Assembly (NCBI GenBank): GCA_964584035.1
Contig: CAZOYL010000029.1
Coordinates: 1 to 23,308 of the forward strand
Source of the DNA: an uncultured Gemmatimonadota bacterium
Lineage (GTDB): Bacteria; SM23-81
DNA: 23,308 bases
Direction of reading: 5' to 3'
A program made the position numbers and the translations under genes. Below the pieces are notes generated by a model. It did no database searches. It was not told the origin of the DNA and saw only the letters and a list, made by a program, of their open reading frames with translations. Positions 1 to 8,800 of the stretch are shown here, in pieces. Position 1 is the first letter of the stretch. The number at the start of each line of letters is the position of its first letter.

Positions 1-1419
1 GGCCAGGCTGACCGAACCATCCCGGTGCACCTGAGCATGGGCGGCAGCAGCGTCCAGAGACCACCCCTTGGCGCCCAGACTGACGCCGTAGAACATCGAG
101 GCCACGCCCATACCTCGGCGGCAAGATGACCGGGCTGCAGGAGCGGCCCGGCGCTCCTGCCAGCCGCTTTCCTCGCGGGCCTTCAGGAGGGTCTCCTCCA
201 ATCCGACACTTTCTTTTAGAACCTGTCCGGTGGCCGTGGACGAGCCGACCCGCAGTCCGTTCTTCAGCCGGATCTCGAAGGGATCCATGTCCAGCCGACC
301 GGCCAGCTGATCGATCATGGACTCATGCGCAAAAGTGACCTGCGGAGTGCCGAATCCGCGAAAAGCCCCGTTGGGCGTGCTGTTGGTATAAACACCGTAT
401 GTATCCACCCTGACATGCGGGATCTGATAGGGTCCGGGAGCATGGACCGTGCTGCGATAGAGAACGACCGGAGAGATGGTCGCATACGCGCCGGTATCGG
501 CCACCACCCGTACCTGGGCGCAGAGAATCCGTCCATCCCCTGAGGCGCCCATCCGGTAGGTGGTGGTCATGGGATGCCGTTTACTGCTGCGCCGCAGATC
601 TTCTTCCCGAGTGAGGATCATGCGAACGGGCCGACCGGTCCTGGTAGCCAGCAGGGCGGCGAAGGCGCAGATCTCCGAGGGCACATCCTCCTTTCCGCCG
701 AAGGCTCCCCCCGTGGTGGTCTGGACGATGCGCACGCGGTTCAGAGGCCATCCCAGGACACCCGCCACTCCCTTCTGGACATAGAAAGGACACTGCATAG
801 ATCCCAGAATGGTCAATGAGCCATCGCCCTGGGGCATGGCCAGAACGCCGAGAGTCTCCAGATAGGCATGTTCCTGACGTTGTGTCTGGAAGGTTTCTTC
901 CAGGATGAGGTCCGAACTGGCAAAGCCCTCCTCGATGTTCCCTTTTCGGATTTTCAGATGGGTATGGACGTTCCCCCCCGGATGAAGCAGCGGCTCGGAA
1001 TTTTGCAGAGCCTCCTCGACGCCATCGATGACCGGCAGCGGCTGGTCATCGACCCGAATGAGGTCAAGGGCTCTTTGGGCTTCCGATTCCGTTTCAGCGG
1101 CCACCAGCGCCAGGCAGTCACCGATCCAACGCGCTTTCTCCTGAACCAGCAGCGGCTGATCCGGCAGGATCACGCCGATCTGGTTGTCGCCGGGAATATC
1201 ACCGGCCGTGATCACGGCCCGGACACCCGAAGCCCGTTCTGCCCGTCGCGTATCGATGTTCTTGATGTGCGCGTGGGGCCACCGGCTGAACAGCATCTTG
1301 CCGATCAGCATGCCGTCCATCTTGATATCGGCTACATATGTGGCTTGACCGGTGACTTTCGATCTGGCATCGATCCGGGATACCGGCCGTCCCACCAGAA
1401 TATCTTCCAGCCTTTTCAT
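1..1419 (-). CDS. Xanthine dehydrogenase family molybdopterin-binding subunit (5' part; 3' end runs off the window)
   Basis: Manually translated open frame from ATG 1419 to base 1 with no stop: MKRLEDILVGRPVSRIDARSKVTGQATYVADIK...QEHAYLE...SMQCPF...GGAFGGKED...KRHP...DTGAYA...GAFRGFGTPQ...DMDPFEIRLKN...DGSVSL. These are canonical XDH/aldehyde oxidoreductase Mo-subunit motifs. Not in the ORF track because no stop codon lies in the window. Confidence 0.93.
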   Translation of the reverse strand, partial: MKRLEDILVGRPVSRIDARSKVTGQATYVADIKMDGMLIGKMLFSRWPHAHIKNIDTRRAERASGVRAVITAGDIPGDNQIGVILPDQPLLVQEKARWIGDCLALVAAETESEAQRALDLIRVDDQPLPVIDGVEEALQNSEPLLHPGGNVHTHLKIRKGNIEEGFASSDLILEETFQTQRQEHAYLETLGVLAMPQGDGSLTILGSMQCPFYVQKGVAGVLGWPLNRVRIVQTTTGGAFGGKEDVPSEICAFAALLATRTGRPVRMILTREEDLRRSSKRHPMTTTYRMGASGDGRILCAQVRVVADTGAYATISPVVLYRSTVHAPGPYQIPHVRVDTYGVYTNSTPNGAFRGFGTPQVTFAHESMIDQLAGRLDMDPFEIRLKNGLRVGSSTATGQVLKESVGLEETLLKAREESGWQERRAAPAARSSCRRGMGVASMFYGVSLGAKGWSLDAAAAHAQVHRDGSVSLA

Positions 1420-1509
1420 CCAGCACCCTTCGACGGATCTTTTCGACAAGTACGTCAAACGGGATGTTTCAAATAATACATCTTAAAAATATATTTCTAA
1501 TAAAGTCTC

Positions 1510-2910
1510 TCAAACGGGCACCTCCGCCAGGCACGACTGCTCATCAAATCTTTTTCTGGCCAGGTAGATTCCATCGCCGGCCGAGCTGCAATATTGACCC
1601 CCGCGAGCGATGATCTTTCCGCGAAGCATGGTCATCATGACGGCCCCTCGCCCGGCAAAACCCTGGTAAGGGGAAAAATCGGTCTTCATGTGCAAATCAT
1701 CGGCCGAAATGACGAACTCCTTATCCGGATCGAAAATCACCAGATCGGCATCGCTGCCCTCCCGCAGACAGCCTTTTTGCGGGTACAGGCCGAAGATCCT
1801 GGCGGGATCGGCCGACATGACAGCCACCATCCGGTTGGGGTCCAGATGCCCGCCGCCGACTCCGCGAGAATGGATCAGCATCAGGGAGGTCTCCACTCCG
1901 GGCAGACCGCTGGGCACCCGATCGAAACGATCACCGCGGCTCCGTTTCTGTTCCGCGGTGAAAGGACAGTGGTCGGTAGAGATAACCGACAGATGTCCCC
2001 GGGCCAGCCCTCTCCAGAGGGCCTGCTGATCGTCTGCGGACCGCAGCGGAGGCGTGGCGATATATTGAAGGCCGTCCTCCCGTGCATAGACACTTTCGTC
2101 CAGAAGCAGGTACTGCGGGCAGGTCTCCGCCCATAGCGGATCTCCCCTTCGTTGGGCTTCCCGGATTACCTCTACCGCTTCTTTGGTGGTCACATGGACG
2201 ATATAGAGAGCCCCTTGCGCCAGATGAGCTATCGCCACCGCCCGTTGAACGGCCTCCTGCTCCACGATATCAGGTCTGCCCTCGGCGTGGGCGGCAGGAT
2301 CGGCTCTCCCGGAGCGGATCAATTCATCGGTCAGGGCGTCTGCCAGCGAGCCGTTTTCCGCATGAACCATGACCAGCGCGCCGGCACCGGCACACCGTCG
2401 CGACACGGCATACAGCTGGCCATCATCGACCATGCGGCCATCACGCCCGTAGGCCAGATAGAGCTTAACGCTGGTGACACCTTCCTCCACCAGGGCGGGT
2501 ATCTCGCCAAGAATCTCATCGGTGGGATCGACGATCTCGGCGTGGAGCCCATAGTCCACAGCCACCCGGCCGTCTGCGGCCCGGCGACGCTTGTGGAAGC
2601 AATCGATCAGTGAACCTCCCGGCCGATGGAGACTGAAATCGATGATGGTGGTCACACCGCCGCAGGCCGCCGCCCGCGTTCCCGAAGCGAAATCATCCGC
2701 TGAAACAGTCCCTTTCACAGGGAGTTCCATGTGCGTATGGACATCGACGATGCCGGGTAAGATCCATTTTCCCTCGGCATCGACGACCTGTCCGGCCATC
2801 TCGCGCTGGGTGGCCTCCATCCGGGCGATGCGTCCATCCCGGATGCCGATCTCGGTACGATAGCTTCCCTCGGGCGCGATTAAAAGCCCGCCTCGAATCC
2901 ATGTATCCAT
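1510..2910 (-). CDS. hydA: Dihydropyrimidinase / D-hydantoinase (amidohydrolase superfamily)
   Basis: PGIVDVHTH, GTRAAACGGVTT, carboxylated-Lys motif SVKLYLAY, MVHAENG, VHVT, ETCPQYL, STDHCPF, GLPGVET, GSDADLVIFDP. Confidence 0.9.
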   Translation of the reverse strand: MDTWIRGGLLIAPEGSYRTEIGIRDGRIARMEATQREMAGQVVDAEGKWILPGIVDVHTHMELPVKGTVSADDFASGTRAAACGGVTTIIDFSLHRPGGSLIDCFHKRRRAADGRVAVDYGLHAEIVDPTDEILGEIPALVEEGVTSVKLYLAYGRDGRMVDDGQLYAVSRRCAGAGALVMVHAENGSLADALTDELIRSGRADPAAHAEGRPDIVEQEAVQRAVAIAHLAQGALYIVHVTTKEAVEVIREAQRRGDPLWAETCPQYLLLDESVYAREDGLQYIATPPLRSADDQQALWRGLARGHLSVISTDHCPFTAEQKRSRGDRFDRVPSGLPGVETSLMLIHSRGVGGGHLDPNRMVAVMSADPARIFGLYPQKGCLREGSDADLVIFDPDKEFVISADDLHMKTDFSPYQGFAGRGAVMMTMLRGKIIARGGQYCSSAGDGIYLARKRFDEQSCLAEVPV

Positions 2911-3005
2911 GCGTCAGCTCTCAGGTAGACAATCTTTCGGGCGGCGAAAAGAATCCCGGCAGAAATGGCTATCTAAATGTAAAAAGGAGCATTTGAAAGA
3001 CTTTA

Positions 3006-3034
3006 ATAATACGAAAAGAACTCTGAGCGGTCAA
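3006..3034 (-). promoter_or_regulatory. Sigma70-type promoter for hydA-xdh
   Basis: Minus strand TTGACC (3034-3029), 17 bp spacer, TATTAT (3011-3006); about 95 bp upstream of the hydA ATG. Confidence 0.6.
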
Positions 3035-3098
3035 CTGTTTTTTCAGAGTTGCTGCCCGCCGAGGCCGGCACTCCGCGCCGCGGGAAGGTATAGAAAGC

Positions 3099-3127
3099 TT
3101 GACAAGTAAACTCGATTATGTTATATA
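3099..3127 (+). promoter_or_regulatory. Sigma70-type promoter for the response regulator
   Basis: TTGACA (3099-3104), 17 bp spacer, TATATA (3122-3127), with TG at 3119-3120 (extended -10 position). Confidence 0.5.
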
Positions 3128-3282
3128 TATATTTCAAGTATATTGATATTTATTGACGGCGGGAATGACCGGCATCGTACCGGTTTAAGACCCTGAGTGC
3201 CGGGGCTCGCCGATGAACCGTCCATCCGCTGACCGCCCCGCGGGATACGATCGAACCGGCGGCCGGCCGAAGGAGCTGGACG

Positions 3283-3942
3283 ATGAGCGATATCCGCGTT
3301 TTACTTGCTGACGATCACACGATCGTTCGGCAGGGACTGAAGTGCCTGCTGAGCCAGGTGGATGGGATCGAGGTCGTGGGAGACGTGGAAAACGGTCATC
3401 AGCTCCTCCAGATCGTCGGCAGATTGAAACCGGATGTCATCATTCTGGATCTGTCCATGCCGGTCATGGAGGGACAGCAGGCCGCCCAGCTTCTCAAAAA
3501 GGAATATCCTCAGGCTAAAATACTGATCCTCACCATGCATAGCAACGAGGAATTCGTCTACAACATGTTCAAGCTGGGCATATCCGGCTATCTGGTCAAA
3601 AAGGCCACGGCGGAGGAGATCGTTACCGCCATAAGAGCCGTCCACCAGGATGACATCTATATCAGTCCGACCATATCACAAAAGTTTGTCCAAGAATATC
3701 TCCGCGGCACCCGTTCTTCCCCTCAACCGGCTTTTCCCGACAAGCTCACCTTTCGAGAGCGGCAAATCCTGAAACTCATCGCCGAAGGATGGGCCAGCAA
3801 TAAAATCGCCAAGCATCTGCATATCAGCGTCCGGACGGTCGAGACCCACCGAAATAATATCATGCAGAAGCTCAAGCTGCATAAGGTGGCCGATTTGGTC
3901 AAGTACGCCATACGCCGCAATCTTGTACAGATCGAACCCTGA
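3283..3942 (+). CDS. NarL/FixJ (LuxR-HTH) family response regulator
   Basis: REC domain (VLLADDH, phospho-acceptor IILDLSMP, LTMH, YLVK) plus LuxR HTH (LTFRERQILKLIAEG...IAKHLHISVRTVETHRNNIMQKL); RBS AAGGAG upstream. Confidence 0.95.
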   Translation: MSDIRVLLADDHTIVRQGLKCLLSQVDGIEVVGDVENGHQLLQIVGRLKPDVIILDLSMPVMEGQQAAQLLKKEYPQAKILILTMHSNEEFVYNMFKLGISGYLVKKATAEEIVTAIRAVHQDDIYISPTISQKFVQEYLRGTRSSPQPAFPDKLTFRERQILKLIAEGWASNKIAKHLHISVRTVETHRNNIMQKLKLHKVADLVKYAIRRNLVQIEP

Positions 3943-4000
3943 CCGTCTATCCTGCCTGAGAATCTTTTATCCTAATTCTGTGAATATTTTTATTACCAGA

Positions 4001-4040
4001 ATTACGTAGTTTTATAGCTAAATATACGTATTTCCGTCTA
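4001..4040 (+). promoter_or_regulatory. Tandem TACGTA boxes, candidate activator binding sites
   Basis: TACGTA at 4003-4008 and 4025-4030 (22-bp period, two helical turns), each followed by a T-run and directly upstream of a -35 element. Confidence 0.45.
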
Positions 4041-4069
4041 TTGACCTTTTTTCAGGTATATATTATACT
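4041..4069 (+). promoter_or_regulatory. Sigma70-type promoter for the XRE-cupin gene
   Basis: TTGACC (4041-4046), 17 bp spacer, TATACT (4064-4069); strong RBS AAGGAGG at 4114-4120. Confidence 0.7.
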
Positions 4070-4127
4070 ATATTAGTATCGGATAAAATTTCTTCCTTTT
4101 GAACCCCAAACTGAAGGAGGTCAGGTC

Positions 4128-4715
4128 ATGGCTGACAAATTCGATCTGGGACGGAAAATCCACCGCCTCAGAAAAGAAAAGCTTCTTACGCTCAAACAGC
4201 TCTCCGAGATGTCCAATGTAACCGCCACCCACATCTCCGAACTCGAGCGAGGACTGGCCTCGCCCACGATCAATACGCTCTATCGCATCGCCCAAGCCCT
4301 GCGGAAACCTGCCGCCTATTTTCTTCCCACTGAAGAGGATAAAAGTTATCAGATCATCGCGGAGAAAAAGCGCCGTAAGATTTCCCGCAACGGGTACGAA
4401 CTTGAGTTTTTCAGCTCCGATATGAACGATGCCAAGCTGGTGGTCGCCAATGCAAAATTCAACGGAGAATTGACCATTCACCCTTTGGGCTACCTCGGAG
4501 ATGAGAAATTCCTGTCCGTTCAAAAGGGCAAGATCGAGATCGAGCTGAACGGCAATTCCATTCAGCTTGAAAAGGGCGATTCCATTCAAATCACCGAGGG
4601 GCTTCCCTCTCGCATCCGCAGCCTGAGCACCGGCGGAGCCGAGGTGCAGCTCTTCCTGACGGCCATGTTCTACATCGATCCCAAGAAACTGAAGTTTAAA
4701 TCCAACGGGAAGTAG
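4128..4715 (+). CDS. XRE-family HTH transcriptional regulator with C-terminal cupin domain (PuuR/SutR-like)
   Basis: LGRKIHRLRKEKLLTLKQLS...HISELERGLASPTINTLYRIAQAL HTH; cupin-like EKFLSVQKGKIEI...LEKGDSI. Confidence 0.9.
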   Translation: MADKFDLGRKIHRLRKEKLLTLKQLSEMSNVTATHISELERGLASPTINTLYRIAQALRKPAAYFLPTEEDKSYQIIAEKKRRKISRNGYELEFFSSDMNDAKLVVANAKFNGELTIHPLGYLGDEKFLSVQKGKIEIELNGNSIQLEKGDSIQITEGLPSRIRSLSTGGAEVQLFLTAMFYIDPKKLKFKSNGK

Positions 4716-4763
4716 CTGAACTGCTGAAGAATAAACGGTACGTCGAAAAGCAACTGCGTAGAG

Positions 4764-4798
4764 AAGCGCCGGGAGTGAAGAACTCCCGGCGCTTTTTT
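4764..4798 (+). terminator. Rho-independent terminator, possibly bidirectional between convergent genes
   Basis: 13-bp perfect stem AAGCGCCGGGAGT / ACTCCCGGCGCTT, 5-nt loop, followed by a T-run. Confidence 0.85.
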
Positions 4799-4829
4799 CT
4801 ACCATCCCGATGCGATCCCAGGGGAACAG

Positions 4830-5852
4830 CTATCGCAGCAGAACGACCTTTTCACACAGGGACAGGCCGGTCGTTTGTAAACGACAGATATACAGCCCGC
4901 TGGCCGTCATCTGCCCCCGTTCATCGGTCCCATCCCAGTTGACGATATGATCGCCGGCAGGAACGGTTCCCCGGGCTAAAGTTTTTACCAACTGCCCTCG
5001 GAGGTTGTAGATATCAAGCCGTACGGGAGCTTCCTCCGACAGAAGATACCGAATGTTGGTCTGAGCATTGAACGGATTTGGATACGGCGTATAGAGCCGA
5101 TATCCTCGCGGCACGGAGGCATGCTCCTGATGGTCATCAACACCCGTGGCCGGCGTTCCTGTCACCAGGATCTCGTCAATGGCCACTCCGAATCCCTGCG
5201 GCTGTCCGGACTCGGATAGAAACCAGAACTCGACGATGACACCGGGATAACCGGCCAGATCGGACAGGGATATAACCCCTCCATCCGGTTCATACCAATA
5301 GGTTCCCCAGTCACCTCCCCAGGCATAGCCCTCGCCGGGATCCAGATTGTACCAGTTGTCCCCCATCCCATCGTACTGCCCCCAGACGACAAATTTATCG
5401 AAAACATCGGGGTTTGTGGGGTGCTCGTAAGCCTGCATGGCGCTGAGGTAATACAGCTCGGCGTCGCTGTAATTGGTCAGATCGAACATGCACTGGTAAC
5501 CGACCTCGTTTCCATCGCCGTATCCCAGTGTGTCGTCACCGAGGTGGCAGAAATAGCTGTCCACCGAGGCGGTCATCCAGGTGGAGGTACCCTGATACAG
5601 CATCTGCCGGGTGACATGCCACCCATCGGGCGAGCTGCCGGTGTTGTAATCCACGTTTGTTCCCAGCGGATGCCCGGGCTCGAAACCGGTGTAAAAGACG
5701 GTGTCTCCTTTGGCCGTCGTGAGCGGCTGGGAAACGGCCGCGGACCCGGTTCGGTGCCTGACCGTCAATTCATCCTGGTGAGCCTGGGTCCAGGCGCTCC
5801 CCGACAGAAGCATCAGGACCAGGACGAGACTTACTGCTTTGGCACGACGCAT
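4830..5852 (-). CDS. Secreted protein: MAM/cleaved-adhesin-like domain plus FlgD-Ig/T9SS type A-like C-terminal sorting domain
   Basis: Signal peptide MRRAKAVSLVLVLMLLSGSAWT; beta-sandwich motifs FYTGFE...GW...FDLTNY...ISLSDLAG...EFWF...GVAIDEILV; CTD YPNPFNAQTNIRY...DIYNLRGQLVKTL...WDGTD...ASGLYICRL...KVVLLR; RBS AGGAGG. Confidence 0.8.
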   Translation of the reverse strand: MRRAKAVSLVLVLMLLSGSAWTQAHQDELTVRHRTGSAAVSQPLTTAKGDTVFYTGFEPGHPLGTNVDYNTGSSPDGWHVTRQMLYQGTSTWMTASVDSYFCHLGDDTLGYGDGNEVGYQCMFDLTNYSDAELYYLSAMQAYEHPTNPDVFDKFVVWGQYDGMGDNWYNLDPGEGYAWGGDWGTYWYEPDGGVISLSDLAGYPGVIVEFWFLSESGQPQGFGVAIDEILVTGTPATGVDDHQEHASVPRGYRLYTPYPNPFNAQTNIRYLLSEEAPVRLDIYNLRGQLVKTLARGTVPAGDHIVNWDGTDERGQMTASGLYICRLQTTGLSLCEKVVLLR

Positions 5853-5867
5853 CGGCCCTCCTTTCTG

Positions 5868-8800
5868 TTAAAACTCAGCCCCCAGAGAAAAATAGGTCTT
5901 CGGCTTGGCCGAGATCTCCTGGAAATCGGTTTTCCATGCGGCGTCGAACCGCAATACAAAGATACCCAGGTTGGCTCGGGAACCAAAACCAAACCCCGTT
6001 TTGAGATCGCGCAGATGAGCGCCCCCTTTGGTGCTGCCTCCCTTGAAGCTTTCCGTCTCATCCCAGGCCCCGGCAGCGTCCATGAACAGGGCGCCGTTCA
6101 CGCCGCTGATGCCGAAACGCAATGGCCAGTGGACGATCAAGTAGTCGATGAAGGGATAACGGAACTCCAGGTTGATCAATCCGAAACGTGACCCCTGAAG
6201 CTCGTTGTAGTTGAAACCCCGTAGAGGAGTGATACGATCGACGAAATAGATATCCTCGACCGAATAATATTGATCTCCCCGATGGAACTGGGCATCGAGC
6301 CAGTTGGAGGTTCCGCCAAGGTAGAACTGGGGAGCATCCCGACCCAGGCTGGCGCCGGCCGCAAGGCGATAGACGAAATTGTATTTTTTTCGGTAGTCAA
6401 TATACCGGCGATAGTCCATCATCCACCGCGAATAGGTTTGAGCGCTGTCGCTGACCCGGGGGGCATATTCGGCCGAGAGTTTCCACCGGGAACCGTTCAC
6501 CGGTCCGGTATTCCCCCACAGAACGGTATCGTGAACCAGCGACGAGGACATCTGAAACAGCCGGGTGATGTCATCATCGTAGGGCGGATCATAATAATAC
6601 CGGTCGATGGTCACTCCCTGGAAGGCCATATCGATACGGTTGAACTTGTTAAAGGGCCGCGAGAGACTGGCATAACCGCCGTACAGCCGGTCGGAGAAGA
6701 GCCGGGAATACTGATCGATGAAATAATTCTTCAGGTGGAATACACCGATCCCGAAATCGATCCGCCGGGGCAGATAATAATAGGCCAACTGGAAATCGCT
6801 CTCGGAGAGGGAATAGAACAGACTGGTGTATAAATAGAAGCGGTGATTGCCCAACAGGTCGCTGATGGCCAGTACCGATTCCCCCTGGAAACCGTAATAG
6901 GTGTCATATCCCATGGCGCCACTGAGAATGTCGGGCGTAAAGCGAACCCGGTATTTTCGAGGGCCCAGTGTCAGAGGTATGGTATCGGGAATGGCTTCGA
7001 CGGCGGCTTCCTCTTCGATGGCGGCCAGAAGACTGTCCCCCAGAAATCCGTCCAGCGCGATGGGCACCATGACGGAGTCCTTTCCAGCGGCCGGCAGATC
7101 GTTCCCGACAGTGCTATCGGCCTGCGCGATCGCCTCACTGGAATCGCTGACGGCCCTTCCAGCGGCCGTGTCCATGGCGGCGGCAGACAGCGCTCCGAGC
7201 TCAGCTGGAGCGAATGACACCATCGATCCTTCCGGGGTCGCTGCCAGATATCTCGTCTCGCCACGCATCCCGGCCACGAATGGTGTCGGCGTCAGGGGAT
7301 CGGCCAAAACCGACCCACTCAGGGGATCCTTCATCACATAAAGATCCCACCCGCCCTTCTGAAAATATGAAAACGCCAGCCGTTTCCCATCGCCGGACCA
7401 CGATGGCGTGAAGCACCCTCCGAGGACATCGGTGATGGGATACTGCTCCTGCCGGTCTAAATCGGCGATATAGAGGTTGCTGATGCCGTTTTCATCGGAG
7501 GTGTAACATAATTTATCGCCCTGTGGAGACCAGGCGGGAGATCGCTGTTGGCCTTCGGCGGTCACCACCGCGGAGATCTTCCCCCCGGCGAGGTCCAGGA
7601 CAAAGATATTATAATCACCGTAGGTAAAAGTGCTGTCAGCTGGTTCCTTTGGCTCGACGGGACGGTCGGAGGTGAAGGCGACGCGCTGACCGTCGGGGGA
7701 CCAGACCGGTTCGACATCATCGTAACTATCTTCCATCAGACGGGTGAGCCGGCCGGTCTCGTTTTCCAGCATATACAGATCGGCCTGGCCATTTCTGAGA
7801 CCGGTGAAGACGATACGTTCGCCGGAGGGAGACCAGCTGGGTGATGCGATCAGATCGAGAGGAAATTGATACTTCTTCAGGATCTTTTTATTCTTCACCC
7901 GCAAGATATAGAGGGCATTCGCTCCACTGCTCTTGGCTACGAAGACGATATGTTCGCCATCGGGAGACCAGCCGATGGAGCTTCGGTAAAAGGCCAGCGA
8001 TTCCAATCCTCCGGAGCGCTCTCCCTTGACCAGACGATCCAGCACCTGTCCGTCGATAGCGGAAAGCAGGTAGATATCGGTGTAATCGCTCCGGTTAGAG
8101 AAAAAGACCAGCCGGTTCCCGTGCGGAGAGAAGGCCGGTTTCATATTGAAACTGGAGCCATCTTCGGTATGATCGGTCAATTGACGGGAAAATTCCTTGG
8201 CCTCCTGACGTCGGGCGATCTCCGGCCAGTACTGCATTCGCTGTGCCTTGCTCCACTCTTCATCCAGCTCCTTGACCCCCATGCCGATCGAAGATTTGAG
8301 AGCTTTTTCCATATCTCTGTGAAGTCTGCCCTTGCTGAGGATCTCGCCCAACTTTTCGCCGCCGTACCGACTGGCGATATACCGCACCACCGATTGTCCC
8401 TGTTTGTAGTTCATGTAGCCGTAAACCGCGTTCAGTGGGTACAGATAACCGCTGATGGTGGCGTCACGCAGAAACATATCGCTGTTCTTGTCCCAGCCCA
8501 GAGATTCATATTCGGCCAATCCCTCCACCATCCAGAGGGGCGGGATAAAAAAGTGCTGCCGCCTGATCAGGGACTCCACCACACCACCGTAAAGCATGTC
8601 CATCATGATGGCATGGGTAACCTCATGATGGAGGGTGTGCCGATAATCCTCGTAGGCCCCATTATGAGGCATCACCACCCGGTTTTTGAAGAACTCGGTG
8701 AACCCCCCCACACCCTCATCCAGAAGCTCCAGGATCACATTGGTCTGCTGGAAATCATTCTGCGATTTATAAATGATAATCGGGATGCTCTTTCGAATGT

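Noticed and set aside
868..1476. 202-aa plus-strand ORF and other short ORFs in 126-1476
   Set aside because: Antisense shadow of the minus-strand xanthine dehydrogenase subunit; no recognisable motifs.
1420..1509. AT-rich spacer between hydA and xdh as an internal promoter
   Set aside because: A TATTAT is present on the minus strand, but there is no convincing -35 at 16-18 bp; not supportable.
2911..3000. Purine riboswitch in the hydA leader (minus strand contains TGTCTACC)
   Set aside because: Lacks the P2 loop (ATATGG), the P3 loop (CCGTAAA) and the flanking helices.
4068..4805. 245-aa minus-strand ORF
   Set aside because: Antisense to the XRE-cupin gene, which has a promoter, RBS and terminator.
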